Of a stretch of DNA of 64,000 nucleotides, positions 62,746 to 64,000 are shown piece by piece. A program made the position numbers and the translations under genes. Source of the stretch: Squalus acanthias (lineage: Eukaryota); the NCBI GenBank assembly GCA_030390025.1, contig CM059429.1, positions 40,300,001 through 40,364,000 on the forward strand. The letters are read 5' to 3'. The notes under the pieces are model-generated. The model had not been told where the DNA came from. It ran no database searches and saw only the letters and a program-made list of their open reading frames with translations. Numbering within the stretch: the stretch's first letter is position 1; each line of letters starts with the position of its first letter.

Positions 62746-64000
62746 GGCTGGGAAATTCAATACTGGCAAAAAATGGGCATGGGCACCGCAATGCGAGATA
62801 TGCCGGTGCCCATTCAAAAAGCGCAGGCAGCACGTCAACTTTGTGCTGCCTTCTAATTATCATGATTGTAGTGCACAGCCTCGCACTGAACACGCTGCTG
62901 ACAGGCTGTGCACTCTGCAGGGAGCCGAAGTTCACATTGCTGGAGCAAGGCTAGCTTTACTTAAAGATAGCCTGCTCCTCTTAAAAGGCAGTCTGCAGCT
63001 CCTAAAGATGAGCTGCCTTCTGCTGATGAAAACATTTAAAAGTGCTTCAGCACTAGGCAGTCTGCACCTTTTAAAGGTGAGCTGCCTTCTGCTGATCAAA
63101 AATGGTAAAAGTACTTCAGCATGAACATAAGTGGCTCAACAGGCCAGGGAAAGGGCACCCAGGGTTTTGCACACAGCACTCAAGCTTTGTGCAGGGTGTC
63201 AACATTGGAAGTGAGGTCCTCTACCCACAGGGGGCTGGGAGGCCCCCAGAATGAAGGATGTAGGACCAGATCGCCAAGGCCATCACTGCCAGCAGTGTCG
63301 CCCCAGGATGTGGCTCCAGTGCCCAAAGAAGTTTCATAACCTCAGACATGTGGTCAAGGTCAGTGAATGCATCTTCAAAAGTCATCTCCTACCAACTGCA
63401 CCACTACCCTCACACACTGCTCAATGCACAATGCCCCCAATCACTCACCTACCAATAATCTCTACCAAACATGAGGCACACCTCACATTCCTAGCTTCAC
63501 CAAGGAGACAATGCTGGCCATTCTTAGCAGGGGCATGATTGAGTCCTTGGCCAGCGTCCTCTTGGGGCTGAAAGAATACAAGATGCCGGTATCCTCATAT
63601 GTTATCTTCCTTTTCACATCCCACTTCTCCCTTATCCCACAATCTCTTCTGATTTACAAGCTGCACATGGTGTAAGCATGCACCTCTTGCTTTACCCACC
63701 TCCCCTCACCACAACCCTACCTTGTGCCTTCCTCATTTCAGACACGCAAGAAATCCAGCCTGCCCAGCCAGTGGTTGACCAAGAAGAGGGAGAGAAGAGT
63801 GAAGAAGAAGAAGAATAAACACCGCCACTCGGTTTCACATTCCCAGCTACCAGCTCCCGAGTTCGTCCTGCAAGGTCATCTGCAGTCTCCTCCACTGAAA
63901 GTCAGCAGCCTTCCACCAGCCATGTGCAGCCATTGGGGTAGCACTGTGTAAGAGCACTAGGATAGGCAAAGGCACATGCAAGACAGTCACTATGGGAATG
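62746..64000 (+). mobile_element. PIF/Harbinger element with a frameshifted Myb/SANT-like gene remnant, running off the window end
   Basis: Starts ggctgggaaattc. 63140-63360 gives, across frameshifts, QARERAPR..VQGVNIGSEVLYPQG..DQIAKAITASSVA..RMWLQCPKKFHNLRHVVK, then an aag|gtcagt donor. Confidence 0.7.

Overview
Vertebrate nuclear DNA, very probably a shark/elasmobranch, judged from the repeat landscape (HE1-like and DeuSINE/SacSINE1-like SINEs, CR1, many PIF/Harbinger-type elements). The only host gene is the 5' part of an EphB receptor tyrosine kinase, best matching EPHB3, on the minus strand. Three coding exons splice in frame with GT-AG junctions: exon 1 CDS 46910-46856 (signal peptide), exon 2 24842-24778 (65 bp) and exon 3 21695-21023 (673 bp). 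The ORF track misses exons 1 and 2. Exon 4 was not found and probably lies beyond position 1. Exon 1 sits in a ~9 kb CpG-retaining region with no recognisable transposons (~43.6-52.9 kb). The rest is intronic or upstream DNA with nested transposons, four Harbinger Myb/SANT remnants and three minisatellites. The most notable observations are a minimal hammerhead-ribozyme-like motif in a Penelope-type terminal repeat, an LF-SINE-like copy in intron 1, a possible secreted isoform from intron-3 polyadenylation, a uORF, and a 15-bp minisatellite that may derive from a Harbinger Myb gene. No prokaryote-type novel system is supported. Repeat-family and paralog comparisons are from recall, not from database searches.
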